Below, piece after piece: positions 36,470-48,333 of a DNA stretch of 64,000 nucleotides (position 1 is the first letter of the stretch; each line of letters opens with the position of its first letter). Both the position numbers and the translations under genes were made by a program. Below the pieces are notes generated by a model. It searched no databases and was not told where the DNA came from. It worked only from the letters and a program-made list of their open reading frames with translations. The DNA lies in assembly GCF_004010195.1 (NCBI RefSeq), contig NC_057728.1:40070918-40134917 (forward strand), given 5' to 3'. Origin of the DNA: Chiloscyllium plagiosum (Eukaryota).

Positions 36470-38097
36470 ATGATGTACTTCTTCCAGGGTTTAGCAGCAC
36501 TGGTACTTGGCTATTTTGCAGTCATGGCCAGTTGTGCACCTTGGTTGAAATCAAGGCACCATAACATGGTTTGCCATGTGGAAGAACAGTTGCTACGATA
36601 TATGAGACACAAATTCCATGCCCTGTCTGACGAGGTAAGAAAAAGACCACCGTTTTTCAATCTATTCCATGCAATTCACGTGGAGTTTTTAATAACATTA
36701 ATTCAAATGTATCATTTTCACAGGCTCAAAAGATCGACACGGATACTGACACAAGACTTATAGGAAAGGATTTATTTCAAGGACTCCAGGTAAAACTTTG
36801 GCCTGATACTATCTTCATTCTTCAAGCTGACTGAATGCAAATTGGTTAGCATGGAGGGTTTTTATTTGTAGAGTAAATGAAATATGGCTGGTTTATTTTG
36901 CAGGGGCATGGTAGATGTTACGTGCTTAAGGAGGTGATTGATTTCTACCTTGGAAACGTCCTATCATCTGAGGACCTGCATGCCAAATATTCACATCTAA
37001 AGGAGATCAAGGAGTTTCTGGCTCTTCTGACGAAACAGCACATGTCCGATTGCGTAAGCATCTCCTTATCTCTGTTGATTTTGTAGTAGATGCACTCGAG
37101 GCTGAAGCACACAAAACCAGAAAGTGCTGGAGAAATTCAACATCATCTGTAGAAAGAGAAACAGAGATAACTTTCGAGACCTGTGACCTTTCTTAGAATG
37201 AAAGTAGCTAGGGAAAGGTGATATTTATATCTCCCACTACTTGTTGAAGGGTCACTGGATTCAAAAGGTTAATTGTGTTTTCTCTGGTTGGATGCTGCCT
37301 GATCTGCAGAGTTTCTTCAGCAATTTCTGTTTTTGTTTCAGATTTCCAGAGTCTGCAGTTTTTTGTTTTATTTGTGCACAGGGTGTCTTCAAAAGACACT
37401 AGAAGAGTGTTATAACACTCCATTTGGAGGATAAAACGTTTATACCAACTATAGTAAAAAAAAGTATTTTCTGCTAACAACTTGCTAAATGTTTGTAATT
37501 GATTTACTTGTGTTTTTTTTTAGAATACAAAAAACAGAACTCAAGCAAAACATAACATTGATCTACTAAAACAGAAACTGAACCAGGTAATGATTGAAGT
37601 AAATTGCCCACACATTGCATGTTTTTGGCATAATCTAACCATGAAGATGTTAATTGTAATACTCTCTGACAATCCTGGTAATCATTTCGACAAAACTGAT
37701 TCATTTTGTCTTTGAGAGCCATTATTCTTAAATAAAAGTTAAAAATGCTGAAAATATTCAGCAGATCAGGCAGAATGATGTATCCTCGGATGCTGCCTGA
37801 CCTACAGAGTATTTCCACTATTTTTTCTTTTCTTTTACAATATTTTAATCTTAAAGTAATCACTGGTCTAAGACTGAGAGGCAAACAGAATTGATCTCAC
37901 CAGAGTTCAGCTGCATGATATTCAGTTGTCTGCATATATGCCAATGAATTGCATTGATTGACTGACTGTTATTTTTGCTAATGTTTTTCCAGCTCAGTGA
38001 GAAGAGGGCAGCCAAGGTCATAGGAGAGCTATTCATGCTTCTTCAGGAGATTGGAAAGTATTGTTCAGTACCAAACATGAAGGAACCTGGTCACTAG
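36470..38097 (+). CDS. IL22: Interleukin-22 (IL-10 family cytokine), 5 exons, 182 aa
   Basis: Phase-0 GT-AG exons 36470-36634, 36724-36789, 36904-37053, 37524-37586, 37993-38097. Protein: MMYFFQGLAALVLGYFAVMASCAPWLKSRHHNMVCHVEEQLLRYMRHKFHALSDE/AQKIDTDTDTRLIGKDLFQGLQ/GHGRCYVLKEVIDFYLGNVLSSEDLHAKYSHLKEIKEFLALLTKQHMSDC/NTKNRTQAKHNIDLLKQKLNQ/LSEKRAAKVIGELFMLLQEIGKYCSVPNMKEPGH*. Signal peptide; 66-nt exon 2 resembling human IL-22 ASLADNNTDVRLIGEKLFHGVS; RCY motif; KxIGEL in helix F; four mature-region Cys; lies directly downstream of MDM1. Confidence 0.93.
37108..37370. mobile_element. Decayed fold-back family B insertion in IL22 intron 3
   Basis: Inverted arms (accagaaagtgctggagaaa... / ...tttcttcagcaatttctgtttttg) with degenerate gaagggtcactggattcaaaaggttaa core. 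Confidence 0.6.
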
Positions 38098-38197
38098 AGG
38101 AAACCAGTAGCTGACGAATAATGGAACCCTGTCAAGACCATTGAATATCTGTTATAATTTCTGAAGGACACATTTTCTTAACTTAACAACAGAGAAT

Positions 38198-38331
38198 ATT
38201 TATTTCTGATGTATTTATTGTGTATAATTTTATACACATCATTGTATTTACTTACTGTAAACTATGTGTAGCAATCAGCATTGCTAAGTGGCATAAAATT
38301 TAAGATTGTGTCTTTAATTTTTAAAAATAAA
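38198..38331 (+). promoter_or_regulatory. IL22 3'UTR AU-rich elements and polyA signal
   Basis: ATTTA at 38198, 38213, 38246 and 38298; AATAAA at 38326-38331. Confidence 0.7.
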
Positions 38332-39229
38332 TATTTTTAATAACACAGAGTATTTGATCAATTCATTTTTTTGCCATTTACGTAGTAGGTGTTTTCTGTA
38401 GAAAATGTTCTCTATCCAGCTTAGATGGATATAATATATAAACCATTACGTTATTGCAGATTACAACTTATTCCTATGTTGAATGGTCTAGTGCCTAACT
38501 TGCAAATAAAACAAATAATTAGTGCAAAAGATAAACTAAATTACACTTTCCCCTTTAAAATTGGAAGTCAATAATATTCAAATTTTGTTGACTGTAGAAA
38601 GATTCTTGTTCATTTAGTTGATGAGTTTAATGGAAAATGACCTCCAAGCCACTCCCCATCCTAACTTGAAATATATTGCAATTCCTTCACCATCGTTAGT
38701 CAAAATCCTTGAATTCTCTCCCTGGTGGCATTCTGAGTCAACCCACAACAGGTGGAGCGCAGCAGTTGAAGAAAGTAGCTTGCTACCACCTTCTCAAGGG
38801 TAACTAATGATAGGAGATAAATGGTGGCCAGCCAGTGATCCCCACATTCTGCAAATGAATAAAAAAAATCCAATTGAGATCATAAGTGCTAAAACTCCAA
38901 GGTTGTGTCAAACATGTAAACCTCAGAAAATGGTTCATATCTTCTATGCAAAAACAAACTGTTGAAAACATGTGCATGACAAATTAGGAAACCATATATT
39001 CAATTGATCCTGCACTTTAATTATTTCCTTTTATTCATTTAAATGCACTCAGCATACTGAGAGTCTATAAAACATGATTTTTTTGTGCAAATAATTTGTA
39101 GTCATGCAAATAAAAGTTAGGCAGAATTTTTAAAAGGTACCAGGCATTTTTTGATTTAGTTTGACTATTTAAAAACTATTTTCCATCACTACAACAGTAA
39201 TAACTAACAATATTTTATATCATGCTTAC

Positions 39230-39640
39230 CTTAGAAGATGAGGGGGAATCTGATTGAAACTTACAGAATACTGAATGGCCTGGACAGAGTAGATGTTGGA
39301 AAGATGTTTCCATTGGCAGGAGAGCTGAGGACCTGAGGGTACAGCCTTAGACTAAAGGAAATACCCTTTAGAATGGAGATAAGGAGAAACTTCTTAAACC
39401 AGAGAGTGGTGAATCTGTGGAATTCATCTCCACAAAAGGCTGTGGAGGCCAGGTCATTGAGTATATTTAAAATAGAGATAGATAAGTTCTTGATTGCCAA
39501 GGGGATCAAGTGTGTTATGGGGAGAAAGTGTGAAAATGGGATTGAAAAACCTATCAGCCAAGATTGAATGGCAGGTCAGACTTGATGGGCTGAATGATAT
39601 AATTTCTGCCCCGATGTCTTATGTTCTTATGATCTTATAG
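39230..39640 (+). mobile_element. CR1 LINE 3' end
   Basis: EIRRNFLNQRVVNLWNSSPQKAVEA; (tcttatg)n tail. Confidence 0.85.
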
Positions 39641-41944
39641 ATTGGATTTCAGAAATGCTGTTTTCACTGTTTTCACTACATATGCATGTAAGTATACGCA
39701 CAAAAACATACTGAAAACTCAGAATAAAATAATGAGGCAGGAAGCTCAGAGGTATTGAAATCACAAACCAAAGAAACATTCCAACAATTATGACATAAAA
39801 TTCAATAAGTGATTGAAGCTCACAATTTGACTTTACATTGACATGTAAAATGACATAGATTTCAAGTTATATTCATTCACATTCGCGTAAGGGAAATGGG
39901 AAATCAAAAGTAGATCAAACATTTTATTGTAATCATATAATAGAACAATTGTTAAGCATTTTAAACGACAATTTACATTATGAAATGTTGGGTAATCCTT
40001 TTGATAAATTATGCAAAATAAAAGCCAAAGTATATCTATAAAGTTGTCCATCATGAGCACAATGTCAATTGAGATGATTCTCAACTCTTCCAGGTATTCT
40101 TCATGTAGTCAAAATGTTTGGTGATTTAAGATGCAGACAATGTCCCTTTAAGAAATGTTCTTTCAGATAATTTTGAGTGGGTAATTAATGACTAAAATTA
40201 AAATGAAAAGGTAGTACTGGATTTTGAACTTTATTGTTCCATGTTTTCCAGTTGGAAATTGTACTTACACATGAATCCAACCCTTGGAATCATGACCAAA
40301 CTGAGAGCTATCAAGATGCATTTTTCACTTTTCACATTGGTTATTGATGCTGAATGGAAACATTCGGTGCCTGTAAAGTATCTAACTTCAAAAAGAATTT
40401 GTCAAAATATCAAACAGAAGATTAAAGAGTATGGAATTAGTGGTAGAGTAAAAAAGTTGATTGGAAGCTAAGGGGTTTGTTCTGCCACAGCTTCTCTTCA
40501 GTATGCAAGTTAATAATTTCAATATTGGGACAAAAGGATTCATGACATCTGCCAGGTAATATGAAAACAACAGGGTGGACCAAATAATTCAGATGACCAG
40601 AGGAAGATGCAAAGAGATAAGCAGACATGGTCTCAATTTAAATTCTAATTTGAAAGATAGATGCCCTGGCAATGCAATATTCCCATATTGTCATTGTTTT
40701 AGTTCCACAGAACTAAAATATCAACCCTAGACAGTGTACACAATTCCTGGAGTGGAGCTTGTACCCAAGGCTCTCTGGTTTAGTCATTAAAAACAAACAT
40801 TACTGTCAAGCTCAGGCCATGTCTGATATAAATTGTATGAATAAGTGAATATGTTTAGCAATAATTTATAATATTTTCTAAGATATTTCTCTTTTGTATT
40901 AATTGTCTTAGTTCTTAAGTCCTCCTTTTGGACTCTGTATATTTACTTTGGATTTCAGAGATTTGATTTCATTCCTGAATTTTCATCAGTTTTCCCATTT
41001 TCTATGGAGTTTTAAAAATAAGATAGTAACCAACCTCTGAACTTCTGATTCATTAACTAAACTATTCATTATGATATAACAAAGCTGTTGATTATTTGAA
41101 GTATTAATTGACGGTTTTATATCGTGAAATAAATTATTAGCTAAAATTCAGGAAAAGAAAAGAATTATTCAGAGGTCTGGAGATCTGAAAAGTTTGGAAA
41201 AAACTGAAGTCCTCACTTAAATTAACATTCAGGAAGTGTGTCACTTCATTGTGTGATCTGCTGCACCAGTTATTCATTGAAGCAAACCCTGGATTAAACC
41301 ACTTACTACGCACAAACCTCTTATGCTGATACATTTTAGAAAATGCACCCACTTATGGAGGCAGAAGGTCAATTTGAAAAAAAAACAGCTCATAAAGCAA
41401 CTTGCTTAGTAATACCTGAAGTAGTCAGAGTAACAGATCCTGTCCATCTTAAAATCATTTTGTAAAAGCTGTATAGTCAAAGAGTACAGAACACTGTTTC
41501 GTACAAAATAGCAATGGACTCAGTACTGTCTCAATGCTTTTATTAAACAGGTCGCTTTATTAATAATCAAGATTCTGTTGACAGCTATTCTTGTTAGTGC
41601 AGGGGCAACACAGCAAGCAGTAAGGCTTCAATATACAGTGTTGAAAGGTTCATCCATCTCTTAATAAGAGGCATCTACTGCTTTTAGGTAAGTGAAAGCA
41701 TTCACTTTGAAATTAACTTACTGTGTTAGTATAATGATCAGAATGAATTAGTGCCAAATGATGAGATTGTTCTGTGTAAAAGTAAATTAAATGCAAGATT
41801 TTCTGGAGTGCATGAATTCTGCATATGATCCAATTCCAAATAATTTAAATATATTAAGCAACAGCATGCTTTGTAGAGGCTGTACACAATTTTGTTTGCA
41901 GAGTAATAGAAACAATACATTGAAAACATTGACACAAATTTTAT

Positions 41945-42040
41945 AAGGCTTCACCAGAGCCACTCACTGATGATGTTACCTAGTATGGTGATGAAATGTC
42001 TGAAAACAAACCTTCAAGTTTAGTGAGCTAACTTGCATAC
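41945..42040 (+). mobile_element. Penelope terminal-repeat remnant (family D) with hammerhead motif at 41967-42000
   Basis: tca-CTGATGA-T-GTTACC-tagtat-GGTGAT-GAAA-TGTC-tga; homologous to the termini of the GIY-YIG element at 49566-50151. Confidence 0.7.
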
Positions 42041-42358
42041 TGAAGAACATGATATGTCAGGAGCCCAAGGATTATGAATAAGCAAAACCTTGTATTTCGT
42101 GTCCAATAGAAATAATTGTGCCATTTAATTTATGGGTCAATTTACCATGAATGGAACTATCTATATTGTCACATACAGTGAAAACAAACCTTCAAGTTTA
42201 GTGAGCTAACTTGCATACTGAAGAACAAGATATGTCAGGAGCCCAAAGATTATGAATAAGCAAAACCTTGTATTTAGTGTCCAAAAAAAATAATTTTGCC
42301 ATTTAATTTATGGGTCAATTTACCATGAATGGAACTATCTATATTGTCACATACAGTG
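42001..42358 (+). repeat. Tandem duplication, 2 x 178 bp
   Basis: tgaaaacaaaccttcaagtttagtgagc...gtcacatacag at 42001-42178 and 42179-42356, with few mismatches. Confidence 0.95.
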
Positions 42359-43029
42359 ATATTTAAGAAGGTAGAAAATATTACAGATCTGTCATCAGCT
42401 TAGCACCATGTTAGGAGCAGTTGTTAGATTCCAACAGCAGATAAGAGTATTTGGACAAAAGTGAACTAACTGACTGTGCTGGTTGAATCTTTTGAGGAGG
42501 TCATCAGTAATCTGTAAAAGGTTGCATGATATTGTCTATTTGAACTCACATACACATTTAGGAATTATTAAGAAATTATTAGGACAAATGAAAGTGCACA
42601 CAATTGAATGTAACTTTTCAAATTGCATTGGTAATTTGTTGCAAGTAGACAGGATAGGGAACATTTTAGGTCTCATTAAATGTGATAACTTACGCTCCCA
42701 AGGATTTAAATTTAGGTGTCATTTTGACACGTAATACAGAAATTAGTTGGATGAATGAATAGGAAGTTTTCTATCCAATTGTTCTGTTTCAGAGTCACAG
42801 GGAGCCAGAAAAGGACATAGACAACCTAAGAGAGTGGGCAAGCTATGGCATAGATCAGGATTGGAAATTGAAAGATAATCCATCAATGATTCAAGAAGAA
42901 TGAATTAGAATATAGAGAGATTTGGATTTGTGGTGGAGTGAATGGATTTAGATGCACAAATTGCTAAAAGCTTGTGCACAGATCAAGAAAAGCTACTCAA
43001 AAAGACTAATGGAACTTTATTTCAAGGAG

Positions 43030-44012
43030 TGCATTTCGTAATTTATATAAATGATTTGGATGTGAACATAGAAAGTGTAGTTAGTCAGTTTGCAGATGAC
43101 ACCAAAATTGGAGATGTAGTGGATAGTGAAGAAAGTTACCTCAGATGACAATGGGATCTTGATCAGATGGGCCAATGGGCTGAGGAGTGGCAGATGGAGT
43201 TTAATTTAGATAAATGTGAGGTGGTGCACTTTGGAAAAGCAAATCCGAGCAGGACTTATACACTTAATGGTAAGGTCCAAGGGAGCGTTGCTGAATAAAG
43301 AGACCTTGGAGTGCAGGTTCATAGCTCCTTTAAAGTAGAGTCGCAGGTAGATAGGATAATGAAGAAGGCATTTGGTATGCTTTCCTTTATTGGTCAGAGT
43401 ACTGAGTACAGGAGTTGGGAGGTCATGTTGCGGCTGTACAGGATATTGGTTAGGCCCCTTTTGCAATATTGTGTGCAATTCTGGTCTCCTTCCTTATGGA
43501 AGGATGTTATGAAACTTGAAAGGGTTCAGAAAAGATTTAAAAGGATGTTGCCACGTTTGGAAGATTTGAACTTTAGGGAGATGCTGAATAGGCTGGGACT
43601 GTTTTCCCTGAAGCATCAGAGGCTGAGGGGTGACCTTATAGAGGTTTATAAAATCATGAGGGTCATGGATAGGATAAACAGACATGATCTTTTCCCTGGG
43701 GTCAGGGAGTCCAGAACTAGAGGTATGAGTACAAGGTGAGAGGGGAAAGATATAAAAGGGACCTAAGGGGCAACTATTTCGTGCAGAGAGTTGTGCGTGT
43801 ATGGAATGGAATGAGCTGCCAGTGGAAGTGATGGAGGCCGATACAATTACAGCACTTAAAAGGCATCTGGATGGGTATATGAATAGGAAGGGTTTAGAGG
43901 GATATGGGCCGGGTGCTGCAAGTGGGACTAGATTAGGTTTGAATATCTCGGCAGTATGGACGAGTTGGATCGAAGGGTCTGTTTCCGTGCTGTATACCTC
44001 TACGACTCTGAC
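43030..44012 (+). mobile_element. CR1/HER1 LINE 3' fragment
   Basis: YINDLD..FADDTKIG, KKAFGMLSFI, LRGDLIEVYKIM, HE1-shared 3' tail. Confidence 0.9.
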
Positions 44013-44518
44013 TCTTCAGATGTTTATTTTTTTCTCAAGCTTGATCTGGAGGACTGCATTCAATTTGAAAGGAAAGTGACACTGAGTTTGAAAGACAGAT
44101 AATACATTCACTAGAATGGCACCATTGGTTAAATGCTAAATAGTGAAGATAGTTTACACAAATGTGGTCTATGTTCCCTTCAGTATAGAAAGTGGAGTGA
44201 ATGCATTTTTCCACAGAAGGCAGCAGAAATCTAAAACCATCTCCCAGAAAGCCATTTGAAACTTTGAGATTTTGATTGATTGATTTTTGTTGGGTAATGA
44301 TATGAAGCAATCTGAAGAAATAGAGCTTTACCACATACAGTAAGCTGAATGACTGTTTCTGACCCTATATTAGAATGTTTTCCAAAAACATTGGTCAATA
44401 ATTATTCACTAGTTCCCAAATGAACACTTAGTGAATAATCACATGTTCTTAAACTTTGTTGAGTGAACAGTTTAGATAGTGGATGGCCCTTCTCGCAGCT
44501 CAACAGTTTAATACTGCA

Positions 44519-45830
44519 GGGTAAAAACAATGACTGCAGATGCTGGAAACCAGATTCTGGATTAGTGGTGCTGGAAGAGCACAGCAGTTCAGGCTGCATC
44601 CAAGGAGCAGTAAAATCGACGTTTCGGGCAAAAGCTCTTCATCAGGAATAAAGGCAGAGAGCTTGAAGCGTGGAGAGATAAGCTAGNNNNNNNNNNNNNN
44701 NNNNNNNNNNNNNNNNNNNNNNNNNNNNNNNNNNNNNNNNNNNNNNNNNNNNNNNNNNNNNNNNNNNNNNNNNNNNNNNNNNNNNNNNNNNNNNNNNNNN
44801 NNNNNNNNNNNNNNNNNNNNNNNNNNNNNNNNNNNNNNNNNNNNNNNNNNNNNNNNNNNNNNNNNNNNNNNNNNNNNNNNNNNNNNNNNNNNNNNNNNNN
44901 NNNNNNNNNNNNNNNNNNNNNNNNNNNNNNNNNNNNNNNNNNNNNNNNNNNNNNNNNNNNNNNNNNNNNNNNNNNNNNNNNNNNNNNNNNNNNNNNNNNN
45001 NNNNNNNNNNNNNNNNNNNNNNNNNNNNNNNNNNNNNNNNNNNNNNNNNNNNNNNNNNNNNNNNNNNNNNNNNNNNNNNNNNNNNNNNNNNNNNNNNNNN
45101 NNNNNNNNNNNNNNNNNNNNNNNNNNNNNNNNNNNNNNNNNNNNNNNNNNNNNNNNNNNNNNNNNNNNNNNNNNNNNNNNNNNNNNNNNNNNNNNNNNNN
45201 NNNNNNNNNNNNNNNNNNNNNNNNNNNNNNNNNNNNNNNNNNNNNNNNNNNNNNNNNNNNNNNNNNNNNNNNNNNNNNNNNNNNNNNNNNNNNNNNNNNN
45301 NNNNNNNNNNNNNNNNNNNNNNNNNNNNNNNNNNNNNNNNNNNNNNNNNNNNNNNNNNNNNNNNNNNNNNNNNNNNNNNNNNNNNNNNNNNNNNNNNNNN
45401 NNNNNNNNNNNNNNNNNNNNNNNNNNNNNNNNNNNNNNNNNNNNNNNNNNNNNNNNNNNNNNNNNNNNNNNNNNNNNNNNNNNNNNNNNNNNNNNNNNNN
45501 NNNNNNNNNNNNNNNNNNNNNNNNNNNNNNNNNNNNNNNNNNNNNNNNNNNNNNNNNNNNNNNNNNNNNNNNNNNNNNNNNNNNNNNNNNNNNNNNNNNN
45601 NNNNNNNNNNNNNNNACTCCACCCTCCCCCCGCCCCCGACCTATCACCTTCATCCCCTCCCCACTCACCTATTGTACTCTATGCTACTTTCTCCCCACCC
45701 CCTCTAGCTTATCTCTCCACCCTTCAGGCTCTCTGCCTTTATTCCTGATGAAGGGCTTTTGCCCGAAATGTCGATTTTACTGCTCCTCGGATGCAGCCTG
45801 AACTGCTGTGCTCTTCCAGCACCACTAACC
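44519..45830. mobile_element. Inverted pair of family A Penelope-type termini spanning an assembly gap; hammerhead cores at 44618-44645 (-) and 45745-45772 (+)
   Basis: Perfect 15-bp TSD CAGTTTAATACTGCA at 44504-44518 and 45831-45845. Confidence 0.85.
44687..45615. other. Assembly gap (929 N)
   Basis: Run of N. Confidence 1.
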
Positions 45831-47469
45831 CAGTTTAATACTGCACTTTTATCAGGTTTCTTCACATAGGCGTATTTGTAACAGAGTTGTATGCAGAGGA
45901 GAAGGGGGAGAAAGTGAGCCAAGCATATCTGTTTTCATGGAATTCCATTGCCACTAGAGGCCGAGAGTATATCATTCCAGCCCCACCTTAGTCAATATTG
46001 GTGTGTGGTGAAGCCAATGTGCATTAATAGGAGAGGTTATGTCAGATTTAGACACTGAAATATATAATAATTTTTAACATTGGTCGCCATTTATTATACA
46101 AGTGTTTACTCAATAATTTCTAATTGCCTTTCATGAATCATTCTTTTTGAACAAATATATGGCACTAGCTATTTTATGAAACATAGCACAGCTTCTAACC
46201 CAATGGACTAAATGTGTAAAATGCACCTAACACTGCTAGCACATACATTAACTGGTCTATCATAAAAACAGATTAAATACTGGCAAATACCTGATATGCA
46301 GATTTGCCGCAAAGATTGTTAAATTATAATCTGAGGAACTGGCGCACTTCTGGATTAATTTCATGTTGTGCAGTTAAATGCCATAATAACACCAAAACTT
46401 GGTACAGGATAAATGCATGTCAGATGGTTGCCAAGTGTGGTAACTGAAGGCAACAAACTCATTAAGTCATTCATCCTATGTATCAAAAGGGGAAAATATT
46501 TCAAAACTATTTACGAGACTTTTTTTAGCAAAAGAAAAGTGATGGATAGTTACTTGATCTAAAATTGAGTTCCAGTTGAACAAAAGCATATGTTACATAA
46601 TCAATTTCCTAAAACATAAAAATACATTTAGAAAATACGGCGATCAAGTCTGTGCTGTTTTTCACAATGAGACCAGTTCTAATGATTGCAGGCTATGAAA
46701 CATATAATGAAATTTAAGTTAATGTTCAATCTGACATGCCATAGCCTATTTTTATGTTCAAAGTGCAATAATATTTATAAAGACAGTTTCTCATTCTGTA
46801 TTGACGTAGAATTGGCGATTGCCATGTAAATTACAGCAAGGAATTTTTTTATTAAAAGGAAGTAAACATTGTACTGAATAGATTTGAACATTTTGTAACT
46901 GATTCCTACATATCTCTGAAATTCAAATATTCCGAAGATCATGGACATATGTAAGTAGAATTTCCACGTTTGGTGATGTCATGGGGTGTGATTCTACATT
47001 CAGTTCGAAATGTTTGTGAAGCAATTTCGGAAATGTTGCAGCATGACTCATGTGCCTGATTTGCTGCAGGGGTAAGAAAAGAACAAATGGTTGCAATTCC
47101 TCTCAAAGTCAGTCGTTCATTGCTTCAAAATTACCATCATAGATGATGGCACATTTCGATCTAATGCACATTGCCATTTTAAAAAAAGTGTTGAAAAGAC
47201 TGATCATTGGACCAGCTGAGTACCTTTCACATTTTGTATCAAATCTTTTCAAATGTTATGAGCAACCCACTCTTCCCATTGCTATTTCCCATAATCCAAA
47301 AATTACAGCTGTGCCTATTTTACAAGTGTAGTATATATAGTCTAAATTAAGAGTTAGAGCTCCATTTGACTGAAGTGCATTTCCTCAAACTTTTAGAGGC
47401 ACTTAGAGGTATTTATTTGGATGTGATACTTTAGATTCAATACCTTAGACTTAGCCAAATGGATGTGAG

Positions 47470-47825
47470 TGGCACAGTGGCACAGTGGCTCAGTGGTTAC
47501 CACTACTACCTCACAGCCCTAGGGACCTGTGTTCAATTCCTGCTTTGGGTGACTGCTTGTGTGAAGTTTGCACATCCTCCCTGTGTCAGTGTGATATTTC
47601 TTGGTTTGCTCTGGTTCCCTCCCACAGTCCAAAGATGTGAAGGTTAGATAGATTAGCTGTACTAAATTGCCCATAGAGTCCAGCAGGTTAGGTGGATTAG
47701 TCATGGGAAATATGTAGAGCTACAGGCATAGAGTAGAGGGCATGTCTTGTGTGGAGCTCTTAGGAGTGTTGGTGTGTACTTGTTGGGCCAAATGGCCTGT
47801 TTCATACTGTAGGGATTCTATGATT
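47470..47825 (+). mobile_element. Diverged HE1 SINE
   Basis: HE1 head, core and tail with many CpG decays. Confidence 0.8.
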
Positions 47826-47976
47826 CTTGACAGTAGGAGACAGAATTTGCTGGTAGATGGCTGCTTTTGCTGAGACTGGAGGCTTGTGGAGTAGGAGTCA
47901 TCATTAGTAAGTTTTAAGATAACACCAAAATTAGTGGCATAGTGGACAGCGAAGAAGGTTATCTAAGTGTACACCT

Positions 47977-48333
47977 GGGCGGCACGGTGGCACAATTGGG
48001 CGGCACGGTGGTACAGTGGTTAGCACTGCTGCCTCACAGCGCCAGAGACCCGGGTTCAGTTCCCGCCTCAGGCGACTGACTGTGTGGAGTTTGCACGTTC
48101 TCCCCGTGTCTGCGTGGGTTTCCTCCAGGTGCTCCGGTTTCCTCCCACAGTCCAAAGATGTGCAGGTCAGGTGAATTGGCCATGCTAAATTGCCCGTAGT
48201 GTTAGGCAAGGGGTAAATGTAGGGGTATGTGTGGGTTGCACTGGTGGGTTGCGCTTCGGCGGGTCGGTGTGGACTTGTTGGGCCGAAGGGCCTGTTTCCA
48301 CACTGTAATATAATCTAATCTAAATCTAATCTA
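47977..48333 (+). mobile_element. Young HE1 SINE with a duplicated 5' 21 nt
   Basis: gggcggcacggtggcacaatt-gggcggcacggtggtacagtgg; CpG-rich; (taatc)n tail; TSD-like atctaagtgtacac / atctaagagtacac. Confidence 0.93.

Noticed and set aside
37382..37455. Alternative IL22 exon 4 after gcacag
   Set aside because: In-frame stop, and the pyrimidine tract comes from a repeat; 37524-37586 fits the family size and phase.
44589..45668. 359-aa and 326-aa ORFs
   Set aside because: Artefacts of the N gap.
45951..45964. CCACTAGAGGCCGA as a CTCF site
   Set aside because: Mismatch in the conserved GGC core; too weak.
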